Shown here in pieces: positions 30,347 through 38,347 of a stretch of 64,000 nt of DNA (positions are counted from its first letter, which is position 1; each line of letters begins with the position of its first letter). A program made the position numbers and the translations under genes. This DNA comes from Minisyncoccota bacterium (GTDB lineage: Bacteria > Patescibacteriota > Microgenomatia > UBA1400 > PJMF01). The notes under the pieces are model-generated. The model was given only the letters and a program-made list of their open reading frames with translations. It did not search any database and was not told the DNA's origin. The stretch covers positions 6,381 to 70,380 of the forward strand of contig PJMF01000019.1 of assembly GCA_003173865.1 (NCBI GenBank), in the 5' to 3' direction.

Positions 30347-31743
30347 GCCAGCAACCTTTCCATCTCTTCTTCGATTTTGAGGGCACGTTGTTTATTTTTG
30401 CCAAAAACTACATATCCAAATTGGTGACGCGCCAGCAAGTTCGCAGATCCCACAATGACCCCTTCTTCAGTTTTTTTATCAAAAAGGACTGGCACTAATC
30501 GTTGCAATAAACCGTCGAACGTCTTGAGAGATGTGTCAGTAATTTGGTACATATTATTAGAAAGTGTAAATGTCTCATGCATGAAGTCCTCACCAAAAAG
30601 TTCTTTTGCGACGTGATAGACATGAGTCCCACCTGTACGGCGAACATTTGACTCTGTGACGTAAATCTCACCATTTTTAGCAGCCACAAAATCGACATCA
30701 TAGTATCCACGATAACCTTGAGTCGCGTACTGCTCACCAATATAAAATCCCGTATCAATCATTTGCGTCGCCACTTTTTCGGGTAAAACGTCTTTATGAA
30801 TTTCGACACCTTTAAAAACACCATCTTTCGTCACGCGCATTCCACAAAAATAAAGCAACTTCACTTCACCAGTTTTCAAAATTTTAAACTCTACATTCGG
30901 GCACCCACCACCCAGAGATGAATTGATATTTACCAACTCTTCCACCACAATGGAAAACTTATCCCAGTACCCATCTTTTTTGAGGTGAGCCAAAATCGCT
31001 TGCTCACACTCCGCAAACGTCGCAGGTAAATCGCCCTCACGCCAAATAAACATACCTGCACCCGAGTGACCTTTATTGATTTTGAGCACAACCCCTTTTT
31101 CTTTGACATACATCTTGGCAGCAATCTTGGCTGTATCAATCATTTCCGAACTCACCATTCCGTATGACATCTTGAAGTCAGGCTCTTTCGCTACACTCTG
31201 CTGCGCAAGTTGGCGGATACCAGATTTACTCCCATAAAAATTGACAGTCCAGGAGTCTGGTTCTTCCGGCGCTTGCGGAGTAGAGACGATAATTCCCATC
31301 TCGCGTAATTTTTTCACTAATTCTAGAAATTGATAACTCGTTGAGTAACTGATTACAGTAAGCTTCTTGCTCGTGTGTGCAAACGCACAAATTTTCTCTA
31401 GAAGCTTCTCATCAGCCAAAATATCTTTACAAATCTGTCCTGTATTTTGTTTGGGTACCCACACGTCTGCATTTTTTTTGCCGAATAATTTTGTATTGTA
31501 CTCCCAAAAAAGCGGCTCAATACTCTGCGGCAAAATCATCCGAATATTATCTTTGCCCGCAAATGAAAGAAGATCGCGATCTGACAGTAAAGAGTTTTCG
31601 TTAATTTCTCTTAGGCGCGCTTCCAGATCTGAAATTTCCGAAATAAACGACCACACATCTTCGGAAAGATTTGATATGTAGAGAGTGTTTGTAGAAGCTA
31701 AAGGAAGAGAAGTGGGATCAGGTTCAGAATGTTTTTCTGACAT
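30343..31743 (-). CDS. ATP-grasp family carboxylate-amine ligase (about 200-aa N-terminal domain plus ATP-grasp core)
   Basis: ATP-grasp signatures KINKGHSGAGMFIW, …EELV…, DVDFVAAKNGEIYVTESNVRRTGGTH. Start chosen at MSEKHSEP (ATG at 31743, AT-rich promoter upstream). The longer ORF to 32070 would overlap the divergent ABC gene by about 300 nt. Confidence 0.75.
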   Translation of the reverse strand: MSEKHSEPDPTSLPLASTNTLYISNLSEDVWSFISEISDLEARLREINENSLLSDRDLLSFAGKDNIRMILPQSIEPLFWEYNTKLFGKKNADVWVPKQNTGQICKDILADEKLLEKICAFAHTSKKLTVISYSTSYQFLELVKKLREMGIIVSTPQAPEEPDSWTVNFYGSKSGIRQLAQQSVAKEPDFKMSYGMVSSEMIDTAKIAAKMYVKEKGVVLKINKGHSGAGMFIWREGDLPATFAECEQAILAHLKKDGYWDKFSIVVEELVNINSSLGGGCPNVEFKILKTGEVKLLYFCGMRVTKDGVFKGVEIHKDVLPEKVATQMIDTGFYIGEQYATQGYRGYYDVDFVAAKNGEIYVTESNVRRTGGTHVYHVAKELFGEDFMHETFTLSNNMYQITDTSLKTFDGLLQRLVPVLFDKKTEEGVIVGSANLLARHQFGYVVFGKNKQRALKIEEEMERLLA

Positions 31744-31773
31744 AGAAAACACAGTATAACATATAATGTATAT

Positions 31774-33513
31774 ATGTCTTTTCCGATACTTCTCTGGCAG
31801 TACATTCGTCCATATAAAATAAAATTTTTCTTCGCTGTTTTTTGTCGTCTCACAAGCGACATTGCTCAACTCTATCCCATTTGGGCGTTGGGACAAATCG
31901 TGTCTCTGCTTACTCAAGGTTTCACTTCTCCTTTTCCGTTCCTGATGATTCTCATCGGATGGCTTTTTACGGTGGTGTATCAAGGCATAGTCAGAGAAGG
32001 TGCGAAGTTCTTTGGTTTTCAAGTTGCCGAACAAAGTTCTCTTGATTTTCTCAATGACTGTCTGGAGCACATTTTTTTACTTGATTTTGCGTGGCAAGAA
32101 AAAGAAAACAGTGGCAATAAAATGAAACGCATTGATAAAGCCAAAGATGCGATGAATGATCTGATTCGTCAATTTTTTGTGGTTTTAATTGAAGTAAGTG
32201 TAAATACTGGAGGAATTATCCTCTTTTTATTTTCACTCGAGAGATCACTCAGCCTTGCGCTGTGTGTCTTTATCGTCATCTATTATTGGCTTGGCATTAA
32301 ACTTTTGAAAAAAGCTATTTATCAAGCTAATATCGTCAATCAACACACCGAAGAAATGTATGGATTTATGTTTGAACTACTCAATAACATTCGTACTGTG
32401 AAGTCACTTGCATTAAATCATCAAATGACACAACGGATTCGCCAGCAAGCAACGCTCTTAATGGACGCGATCAAAAAGAGAATTTTTTGGTATCGAACTC
32501 AAAGCGGTACGCTCAATACATTCGAGATGGTTTTTGAGTTTGTTATGGTGTGTGTCATTTGTTGGGGCATCATCCACAAATACTACGATATTAGTTTACT
32601 CATTGTTTTTGTAGGCTTCTATCAGAAAGTTACTGAATCAACTCGAGAACTTACCGAAGTTACTCAAAATATTGTGGAAGATAAAATTACGATTCTGCGT
32701 GCACTTGCTGTCTTACGTACACCAGCCCATATTGAAGATCCGCAGAAACTATCCAAGCAAGTTACTTATCCACACAACTGGCAAAAATTAAGTATCCGAA
32801 ACGTGAGCTTCCAGTATCATAATGCTCAAGTCCTAAAGAACATTAACTTAACAATTCACCGGGGAGAAAAAGTCGGCATTGTGGGTTTATCTGGAGCAGG
32901 GAAGTCGACATTGTTTAAACTTTTACTTGATTTATACGAAGATTACGAGGGAGACATTTTACTTGATGACATTTCCCTCCGAGATATTCGACGGCAGTCA
33001 TATATTGAACATGTTTCTGCCGTACTTCAAGAAACTGAACTCTTTAACATGTCAATTAAAGACAATATTCTTTTGGCTGGAGTAGAAGGAAAAGAAATAA
33101 GTGATCAACAATTTGCAGATGTGCTTCGTGTCTCACACCTAAATGAATTTATTGAAAAGCTCCCCCTTCAACTTCAAACAGTTATTGGTGAAAAAGGAAT
33201 TAAACTTTCTGGTGGACAACGGCAACGTCTCGGCATCGCACGTGCACTATATCGCCAGCCTGATCTACTTTTATTTGATGAAGCGACTTCGCATTTAGAC
33301 GTTCTCTCAGAGAAATATATTCAGTCTTCTCTTGATTCCATTTCCAAACATTTAACCACTATCGTCATTGCTCACCGCCTCTCGACCATTAAACATATGG
33401 ATAAAATTGTGGTTCTCGAAAAAGGTCACATCATTGAGGAAGGCAGTTTTGACGAGTTAATCAAAATTAAGGGTCACTTCGCACACATGTGGCACTCTAC
33501 ATTGGCGAGTTGA
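31774..33513 (+). CDS. ABC exporter, fused permease-ATPase (type I exporter, no N-terminal peptidase domain)
   Basis: Six-TM N-terminal half, Walker A GLSGAGKST, signature LSGGQRQRLGIARAL and Walker B LLLFDEATSHLD. Confidence 0.9.
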   Translation: MSFPILLWQYIRPYKIKFFFAVFCRLTSDIAQLYPIWALGQIVSLLTQGFTSPFPFLMILIGWLFTVVYQGIVREGAKFFGFQVAEQSSLDFLNDCLEHIFLLDFAWQEKENSGNKMKRIDKAKDAMNDLIRQFFVVLIEVSVNTGGIILFLFSLERSLSLALCVFIVIYYWLGIKLLKKAIYQANIVNQHTEEMYGFMFELLNNIRTVKSLALNHQMTQRIRQQATLLMDAIKKRIFWYRTQSGTLNTFEMVFEFVMVCVICWGIIHKYYDISLLIVFVGFYQKVTESTRELTEVTQNIVEDKITILRALAVLRTPAHIEDPQKLSKQVTYPHNWQKLSIRNVSFQYHNAQVLKNINLTIHRGEKVGIVGLSGAGKSTLFKLLLDLYEDYEGDILLDDISLRDIRRQSYIEHVSAVLQETELFNMSIKDNILLAGVEGKEISDQQFADVLRVSHLNEFIEKLPLQLQTVIGEKGIKLSGGQRQRLGIARALYRQPDLLLFDEATSHLDVLSEKYIQSSLDSISKHLTTIVIAHRLSTIKHMDKIVVLEKGHIIEEGSFDELIKIKGHFAHMWHSTLAS

Positions 33514-34615
33514 CGACGCTCAAATCGAAGTGTGTACCCTTAAAGTCTTGCAAACCCTTGTCGTAATCAACTGACCAGGCATTTCCTTCTGGTAATGGAA
33601 TTTTGCCATACCCTTGAGCGATATCAATGACAAATCGTGCAGTGGCAGCTACACCTGAGAGACGAGGTCGAAGTTCTTGCCAAATTTTAATTGCACGCGG
33701 TAGAGGCACTGTGAAGTGTTTCGCCCAGCACACATCATCGTTCTGAAAAACGTAGTACGGACGAATTCCTTCGCGTGCGAGTTTGGTAAATAAACTGTAT
33801 AACGTCTCAACCTTGTCATTCACCCCTTTCAAAAGAACTGTTTGCGACATTTCAGTTGCTCCAGACTCACGACGGAAACGTTCGAGCACGTTGAGCGCGA
33901 TCGGCGTCAGTTCAGCGGGGTGATTAATGTGCACCATCAAGTAGGGATTACGTAACCGTCCCACTTGTTGGTAGTGCCAATCTTTAATTCCAATAGGATT
34001 ATGAATCGGAAAACGTGAACCAATTCGCACGATGTCGAGTTTTCCCTCAGCTTGCCGACGTGATAAACGATCAATAATTTTCGTAAAGTAGGGCTGGGGA
34101 GTAGTGAGAGGATCACCACCAGAAGTAATAATCTCATTAATTTCTGGATGAGCATCTAGGTACGCTTCCACTTTATCCAAATCTTCATCACTCAGATATG
34201 CTTTTTGAGCTAACGTTGCATTTTTATTAATTGCCGATGAGCCCATGTAACCAACTTCTCGACCTCGAGTACAGAAACGACAGTAACTTGCACAAAAACG
34301 TGTGACTGTCCACAGTGCTCGGCCGTAGTACTCGATTTCACCGTTTTTTTTGATTTTTCCACGATATTTGTAGACTAAGCCAGGCGCAACTTCGTGGTGA
34401 TCTTCATTCAGCGGATCCATGCTACCCGTACCTGCTTCAGTATTTACAAAGTATTTTTTTTCCTTCCGTGGTTGCGCCACAAACTGCAAACCAATTGGTC
34501 CAAGTGGACCACCAGTTTCTTCAATGAGCGTGCGCAGATACGTAGAAAAAATTTCTGGCAGGCCACCATGTGGCAAACTGACTGTATTTCCGCGAGGCAG
34601 CAAGGTATTACTCAT
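33497..34615 (-). CDS. Radical-SAM aminomutase of the KamA/EpmB family (lysine 2,3-aminomutase-like)
   Basis: Cluster motif CASYCRFCTRG (CxxxCxxC), ITSGGDPL and the KamA-family C-terminal region. Start chosen at the internal ATG (34615). The ORF opens at 34798 but would then overlap the divergent GNAT gene. Confidence 0.8.
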   Translation of the reverse strand: MSNTLLPRGNTVSLPHGGLPEIFSTYLRTLIEETGGPLGPIGLQFVAQPRKEKKYFVNTEAGTGSMDPLNEDHHEVAPGLVYKYRGKIKKNGEIEYYGRALWTVTRFCASYCRFCTRGREVGYMGSSAINKNATLAQKAYLSDEDLDKVEAYLDAHPEINEIITSGGDPLTTPQPYFTKIIDRLSRRQAEGKLDIVRIGSRFPIHNPIGIKDWHYQQVGRLRNPYLMVHINHPAELTPIALNVLERFRRESGATEMSQTVLLKGVNDKVETLYSLFTKLAREGIRPYYVFQNDDVCWAKHFTVPLPRAIKIWQELRPRLSGVAATARFVIDIAQGYGKIPLPEGNAWSVDYDKGLQDFKGTHFDLSVVNSPM

Positions 34616-34662
34616 ACAAACTAAATATGATACTGATTTTTGATAAAAATAATACGAGGAAA

Positions 34663-35481
34663 ATGGCAAAAAGAGCAACACAGAAACCTTTTCGTTATTT
34701 CGCGACAAGTCTAATGTATACTGAGTATATGTTTCGCCGCCCTCTTCATCCCCAGCCTTTTTATGTACCTGAGGATATTTCTTTACCGCGTTCTTCAATC
34801 ATGGATCTCGAAAATGTTTATCACACGCCTGGTCAAAACGCTGCCATTCGTTTCTTTGAACCCTACTCAGAAGAAGACTTGCAAGCAATGCAAGAAATTT
34901 TACGTGGCAAACAAGTGCGCAAATGGATGGACGATGCACGCATTACGCCTTCTGATTATCGTGACTGGGCCGGCGCTGAAAACAACGAATCTTTTTTGTT
35001 TGCGGTTTTAGATGCCCGAGCTACCGAAACCACTCAACAAAAACACGTTCGTGGTTTTGTATACATATACTCTGAGAGAGAAGAGAAATTCCGTGTCAAG
35101 CGGATGGAGAAGCTTGGTTTCCTCGAGCCAGTTCAGGGAAAGAGATACGCACTCGAAATCAGCTTCGCAATGCGCCCTCTGCCAGATGGGATGCAGTCAG
35201 GTTCTGGACTTATGTCAAGCGCGATCCGCCAATGCTGTCTCCAGGTCCAAACCCTTCTCGAGTTCCCGCAACAGCCCGAAGTTGAGATATTTGCCTTTGT
35301 CGATCAAGAGAATTTCCCAGCTCAACGCACACTGGAGTCCGCAGGATTCGTAAAAAAGGGCTTAATGAAGTACGACTGGGATTCTGAGGATGAAACCTGT
35401 CTTTATATCCTGGATTGGGCCATGTTGCATCAAAAAATTCGCCAAAAGCTACTCGAGGTGATCGAAAAAGACAGCCCGTAA
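34663..35481 (+). CDS. GNAT-family N-acetyltransferase (AblB/YodP-like candidate beta-lysine acetyltransferase); start uncertain (34627/34663/34717)
   Basis: Acetyl-CoA motif A region MQSGSGLMSSAIRQ and a C-terminal FVDQENFPAQRTLESAGFVKKG, consistent with the GNAT fold. Divergent from the KamA-like gene. Confidence 0.65.
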   Translation: MAKRATQKPFRYFATSLMYTEYMFRRPLHPQPFYVPEDISLPRSSIMDLENVYHTPGQNAAIRFFEPYSEEDLQAMQEILRGKQVRKWMDDARITPSDYRDWAGAENNESFLFAVLDARATETTQQKHVRGFVYIYSEREEKFRVKRMEKLGFLEPVQGKRYALEISFAMRPLPDGMQSGSGLMSSAIRQCCLQVQTLLEFPQQPEVEIFAFVDQENFPAQRTLESAGFVKKGLMKYDWDSEDETCLYILDWAMLHQKIRQKLLEVIEKDSP

Positions 35482-35523
35482 AACTGGTCTAGACAACTTT
35501 CAAAATGGGGTATAATCCCTCGT

Positions 35524-36210
35524 ATGAACTTGCTCCGGCGTTTCCAAAGAACTATTCATTTGCCTCAAGTAAAGCAAGAAACTGACTCCCATTGCGGGCC
35601 AGCAGTGATACAGATGCTTTTGGCATATGTCGGGAAAAAGGTCACTCAAGAAGACGTCGTGAGCGCCGCTCGCATCAAGGGCAGACTCAAGGTTCACGGG
35701 GCACGCCCAGACCAACTTGCGCGAGCTGTTGAGATACTCGCTCCTGACCTGCAATTCTGGTTTAAACAACACGCAACCAGTGCCGATCTGGATACGCTGA
35801 CTCATGAATATCGTTGGCCAGTGGGCATTAATTGGCAAGGACTTTTTTACGACACACTTGAAGAAGAGAAAAAAGAAGATCCAGAAGGGGACCACGGCCA
35901 TTACAGCGTCGTGATTGATGTGAACAAAAAAAATAAAACCGTCACGATAGCTGATACATACGAAGAGTATTACTCAAAAGAACCCCGCACGTTTGCGCTG
36001 CAATGGTTCCACAAACGTTGGTGGGATGTTGATCATATTAAAGACAAAAAAACCGGAAAGATGGACTCCATCGCGACTAAAAAATTGATTTTTATCATCA
36101 CGCACAAAGATGCCGATTTTCCTAAAAAATTAGGTATGCAGCCGCCGGAGAAATTGGATGTGCTGACGGTGCAGACTACGAACTCTACACACCTTCGTCA
36201 GCATGCCTAG
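35524..36210 (+). CDS. Standalone papain-like peptidase of the C39 (bacteriocin-processing) type
   Basis: Q-x5-C with CGPAVIQMLLAYVG (C39: Q…..CG.A.L.M….YG), the His motif GDHGHYSVVID (HFVVL) and a downstream IADT (IADP). 228 aa, no ABC domain attached. Confidence 0.7.
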   Translation: MNLLRRFQRTIHLPQVKQETDSHCGPAVIQMLLAYVGKKVTQEDVVSAARIKGRLKVHGARPDQLARAVEILAPDLQFWFKQHATSADLDTLTHEYRWPVGINWQGLFYDTLEEEKKEDPEGDHGHYSVVIDVNKKNKTVTIADTYEEYYSKEPRTFALQWFHKRWWDVDHIKDKKTGKMDSIATKKLIFIITHKDADFPKKLGMQPPEKLDVLTVQTTNSTHLRQHA

Positions 36211-36547
36211 CAAGAATAGTGATAAGTTTGACAATTCCCCAAGCCAATGCAGCGTACACAACCATGCCAATGATCGCCGCTGGTTCTAGTATCGAGCGCA
36301 CCTCAACGCCAGAATTGACGGCAACAGGGAAGATGCCACGAAACGGCATCACGAGCGGCTCTGTCAGCATATATATTCCAGAGACAAATGCGCTTCCAGG
36401 GTTTGCGCCCATCATTTTGAAAATCAAGCGAAAAAGAAGGGTAATCTCAATTACTCCAGCAATAAAGTAAATGATGTTCACTGTTGTTCGGGTTGGTGTG
36501 TCATTTGCATTTACCTGAACAACTGTTTCTTTAGTGACATTTTGCAT
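36185..36547 (-). CDS. YggT-family small membrane protein
   Basis: ITLLFRLIFKMMGANPGSAFVSGIYMLTEPLVMPFRGIFP matches the YGGT repeat (…R.…ANP…F…T.P.L.P.R). 120 aa, two hydrophobic halves. Confidence 0.65.
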   Translation of the reverse strand: MQNVTKETVVQVNANDTPTRTTVNIIYFIAGVIEITLLFRLIFKMMGANPGSAFVSGIYMLTEPLVMPFRGIFPVAVNSGVEVRSILEPAAIIGMVVYAALAWGIVKLITILARHADEGV

Positions 36548-36664
36548 AAATCGATTTTGTCTTACAAAAAGAAGATTGTTATATGAACTTTGTAAGAGTT
36601 GAGAAAGAGAGGGAATATGTCATTGCCCCTTTGCTGTCTCGCTTGGTGACGTGTAAGGTGCCAA

Positions 36665-37321
36665 CTAATTGTAGTTAACTACGTTGTATTTCCTTTTCAC
36701 TGGAACAGACTGCGAAATCTCGGCAATCATAACTTTACTTTGCCCAGGAGGAATGTACGCTTTTTCATTGAGTATTGCCACTTTATTACCCCCCAGTTTA
36801 GACATCAAATCGGGTACTTTGTTAGGGTCATTCCACATATGACCAGCGCCAATTAACAGAATCTTTATTGGCTCTGTCCCTTTATCAATTTGAGCTTTCC
36901 AATGTGTCATTCTTTCTGCTGACTCTGAGTCAACTCGTTTATCCAAATCTATTCCGTAAACGGGCACACTACAGTTAATTGCTTTTTGAATAGTGTTTCT
37001 ATAATCTGTCCTATCGTCCTCGTTCATATCGCAGTCATCCCAAGCGATCACATTTCCACTGAAATCACCTGTTTCAGGATGCGCATAGTCATACAACGCT
37101 TCAACGTAGAAACCAATATCTCCAGGCTTGTATGTGGGTAACTGAGTAAGCGCCTCTATTAAACTTGCAGATACATTTTGTGCTTCAGCAGTTACATGAG
37201 TGTCAGGAATCAGAACATACGCAGGCTTTTCATCCAATATGGCTTGAGCGACTGCACTCAAGCCTTTTAATTCTGGGATTGGAAGTTCAGGTGGACGTTC
37301 GTTTTTATTGACTTCAAACAT
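36665..37321 (-). CDS. Hypothetical protein, possibly of the Tiki/TraB/ChaN superfamily (weak)
   Basis: An N-terminal LIPDTHV and a C-terminal IGAGHMW are reminiscent of the paired GxxH motifs of that superfamily. This is low-confidence pattern matching only. Confidence 0.4.
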   Translation of the reverse strand: MFEVNKNERPPELPIPELKGLSAVAQAILDEKPAYVLIPDTHVTAEAQNVSASLIEALTQLPTYKPGDIGFYVEALYDYAHPETGDFSGNVIAWDDCDMNEDDRTDYRNTIQKAINCSVPVYGIDLDKRVDSESAERMTHWKAQIDKGTEPIKILLIGAGHMWNDPNKVPDLMSKLGGNKVAILNEKAYIPPGQSKVMIAEISQSVPVKRKYNVVNYN

Positions 37322-37398
37322 ATCCTAATTTTTTTAATAAAGTGATCGATGGAGGCGTTAATTTATACTTACCTAGGTCTTCCAACTTCACCTCATAT

Positions 37399-37475
37399 GG
37401 GTGATATACGGGACTCGAACCCGCGACCTCCGCTTTCACAGAGCGGCGCTCTAAACCAACTGAGCTAATACCACC
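37399..37475 (-). tRNA. tRNA-His (anticodon GTG), with genomically encoded G-1
   Basis: Manual fold: G(-1)-GTGGTAT acceptor, TA, D-arm GCTC/GAGC, anticodon arm CCGCT-CTGTGAA-AGCGG, T-arm GCGGG-TTCGAGT-CCCGT, 3' ATATCAC-C-CA. It resembles the E. coli tRNA-His architecture. Confidence 0.85.
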
Positions 37476-37551
37476 AAGATGTACCTGGAAAGTAGAAGCT
37501 TATTATAACTTACACTTCAAATATTGTGTTGCTCGATTCGGATGAAATGAG

Positions 37552-38223
37552 TTAAAAAATCAATTTCTGAAACGTAATCCAAATTAACTCAGTTTTTTGC
37601 TCAGATGTGAGCGAGCTCGGAATCTCGATCGTCAAAGACTGGGGAGTTAGACCGCTTAACACAATCCACGTCTCTAATTGACCATCCCGTCCTGGATGAG
37701 AAATATGGTTGTATCCATCCACAAATACGTGCTGCAGTTCCGGATCATTCGGATCATCCAGACCGTTCAGTAATGGAATTCCTAACTGCTGGACTTCGTA
37801 ACGCCAATCTATCACTTTGCTCAGAGGCAGTTGTCTTCCCGTATCATAAACATATGTTTCTGGATAATCCACATCTTCGTGAAAGGAAACCACCAAGTCA
37901 TAAGGTGCGTGTTGGTCGATCGTCTCAACAACTCCATTGTGTTCTGGATCATCTTGCTTTCGACCAAATAAGCGATTGCTATCGTGTCCAGAGTCGTTGA
38001 GTCTTCTCCCGCTTCGCAGTGCTGAGGGACTCATTCGGGGAATAAAGACAATTGAGTCAGAAATGCCTTCAAACTCAAACAAAAAATCTTCCAAAAGGGG
38101 AATAATACTTCCTTCGTCACCGTGTAAACCAGCTGTAATTAAGATACGCCGATCACTTGAAGCAATTTCGCGAATAAAGCAATCAATTCCAGCATGGTGG
38201 ATTTTTTGAAATTTGTTGATCAT
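37552..38223 (-). CDS. Zn-dependent deacylase/peptidase of the AstE-AspA / M14-like family
   Basis: ITAGLHGDEGS (a G.HG.E zinc-ligand motif) and a downstream H.D/E block. 223 aa. Confidence 0.65.
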   Translation of the reverse strand: MINKFQKIHHAGIDCFIREIASSDRRILITAGLHGDEGSIIPLLEDFLFEFEGISDSIVFIPRMSPSALRSGRRLNDSGHDSNRLFGRKQDDPEHNGVVETIDQHAPYDLVVSFHEDVDYPETYVYDTGRQLPLSKVIDWRYEVQQLGIPLLNGLDDPNDPELQHVFVDGYNHISHPGRDGQLETWIVLSGLTPQSLTIEIPSSLTSEQKTELIWITFQKLIF

Positions 38224-38232
38224 AACAGTTAG

Positions 38233-38306
38233 TGTGCCAGGTGCGACTCGAACGCACGACCTGCGGCTTAGAAGGCAGCTGCTCTATCCAGCTGAGCTAC
38301 TGGCAC
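38233..38306 (-). tRNA. tRNA-Arg (anticodon TCT)
   Basis: Manual fold: acceptor GTGCCAG/CTGGCAC, D-arm GCTC-AGCTGGATA-GAGC, anticodon arm GCTGC-CTTCTAA-GCCGC (one U-C mismatch), T-arm GTGCG-TTCGAGT-CGCAC, discriminator A. Confidence 0.8.
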
Positions 38307-38347
38307 AAGTAAAATCACATCAATTGGGTATTATAAAGCACTCGGCG

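Noticed and set aside
31744-32070. Long N-terminal extension of the ATP-grasp ORF (start at 32070, 575 aa)
   Set aside because: It would overlap the divergent ABC exporter gene by ~300 nt. The internal ATG at 31743 (MSEKHSEP) is preceded by an AT-rich promoter-like stretch shared with the ABC gene. I used the shorter model.
34616-34798. 61-aa N-terminal extension of the KamA-like ORF
   Set aside because: It overlaps every plausible GNAT start. The internal ATG at 34615 gives a KamA/EpmB-like length with the CxxxCxxC motif at the expected distance from the N-terminus.
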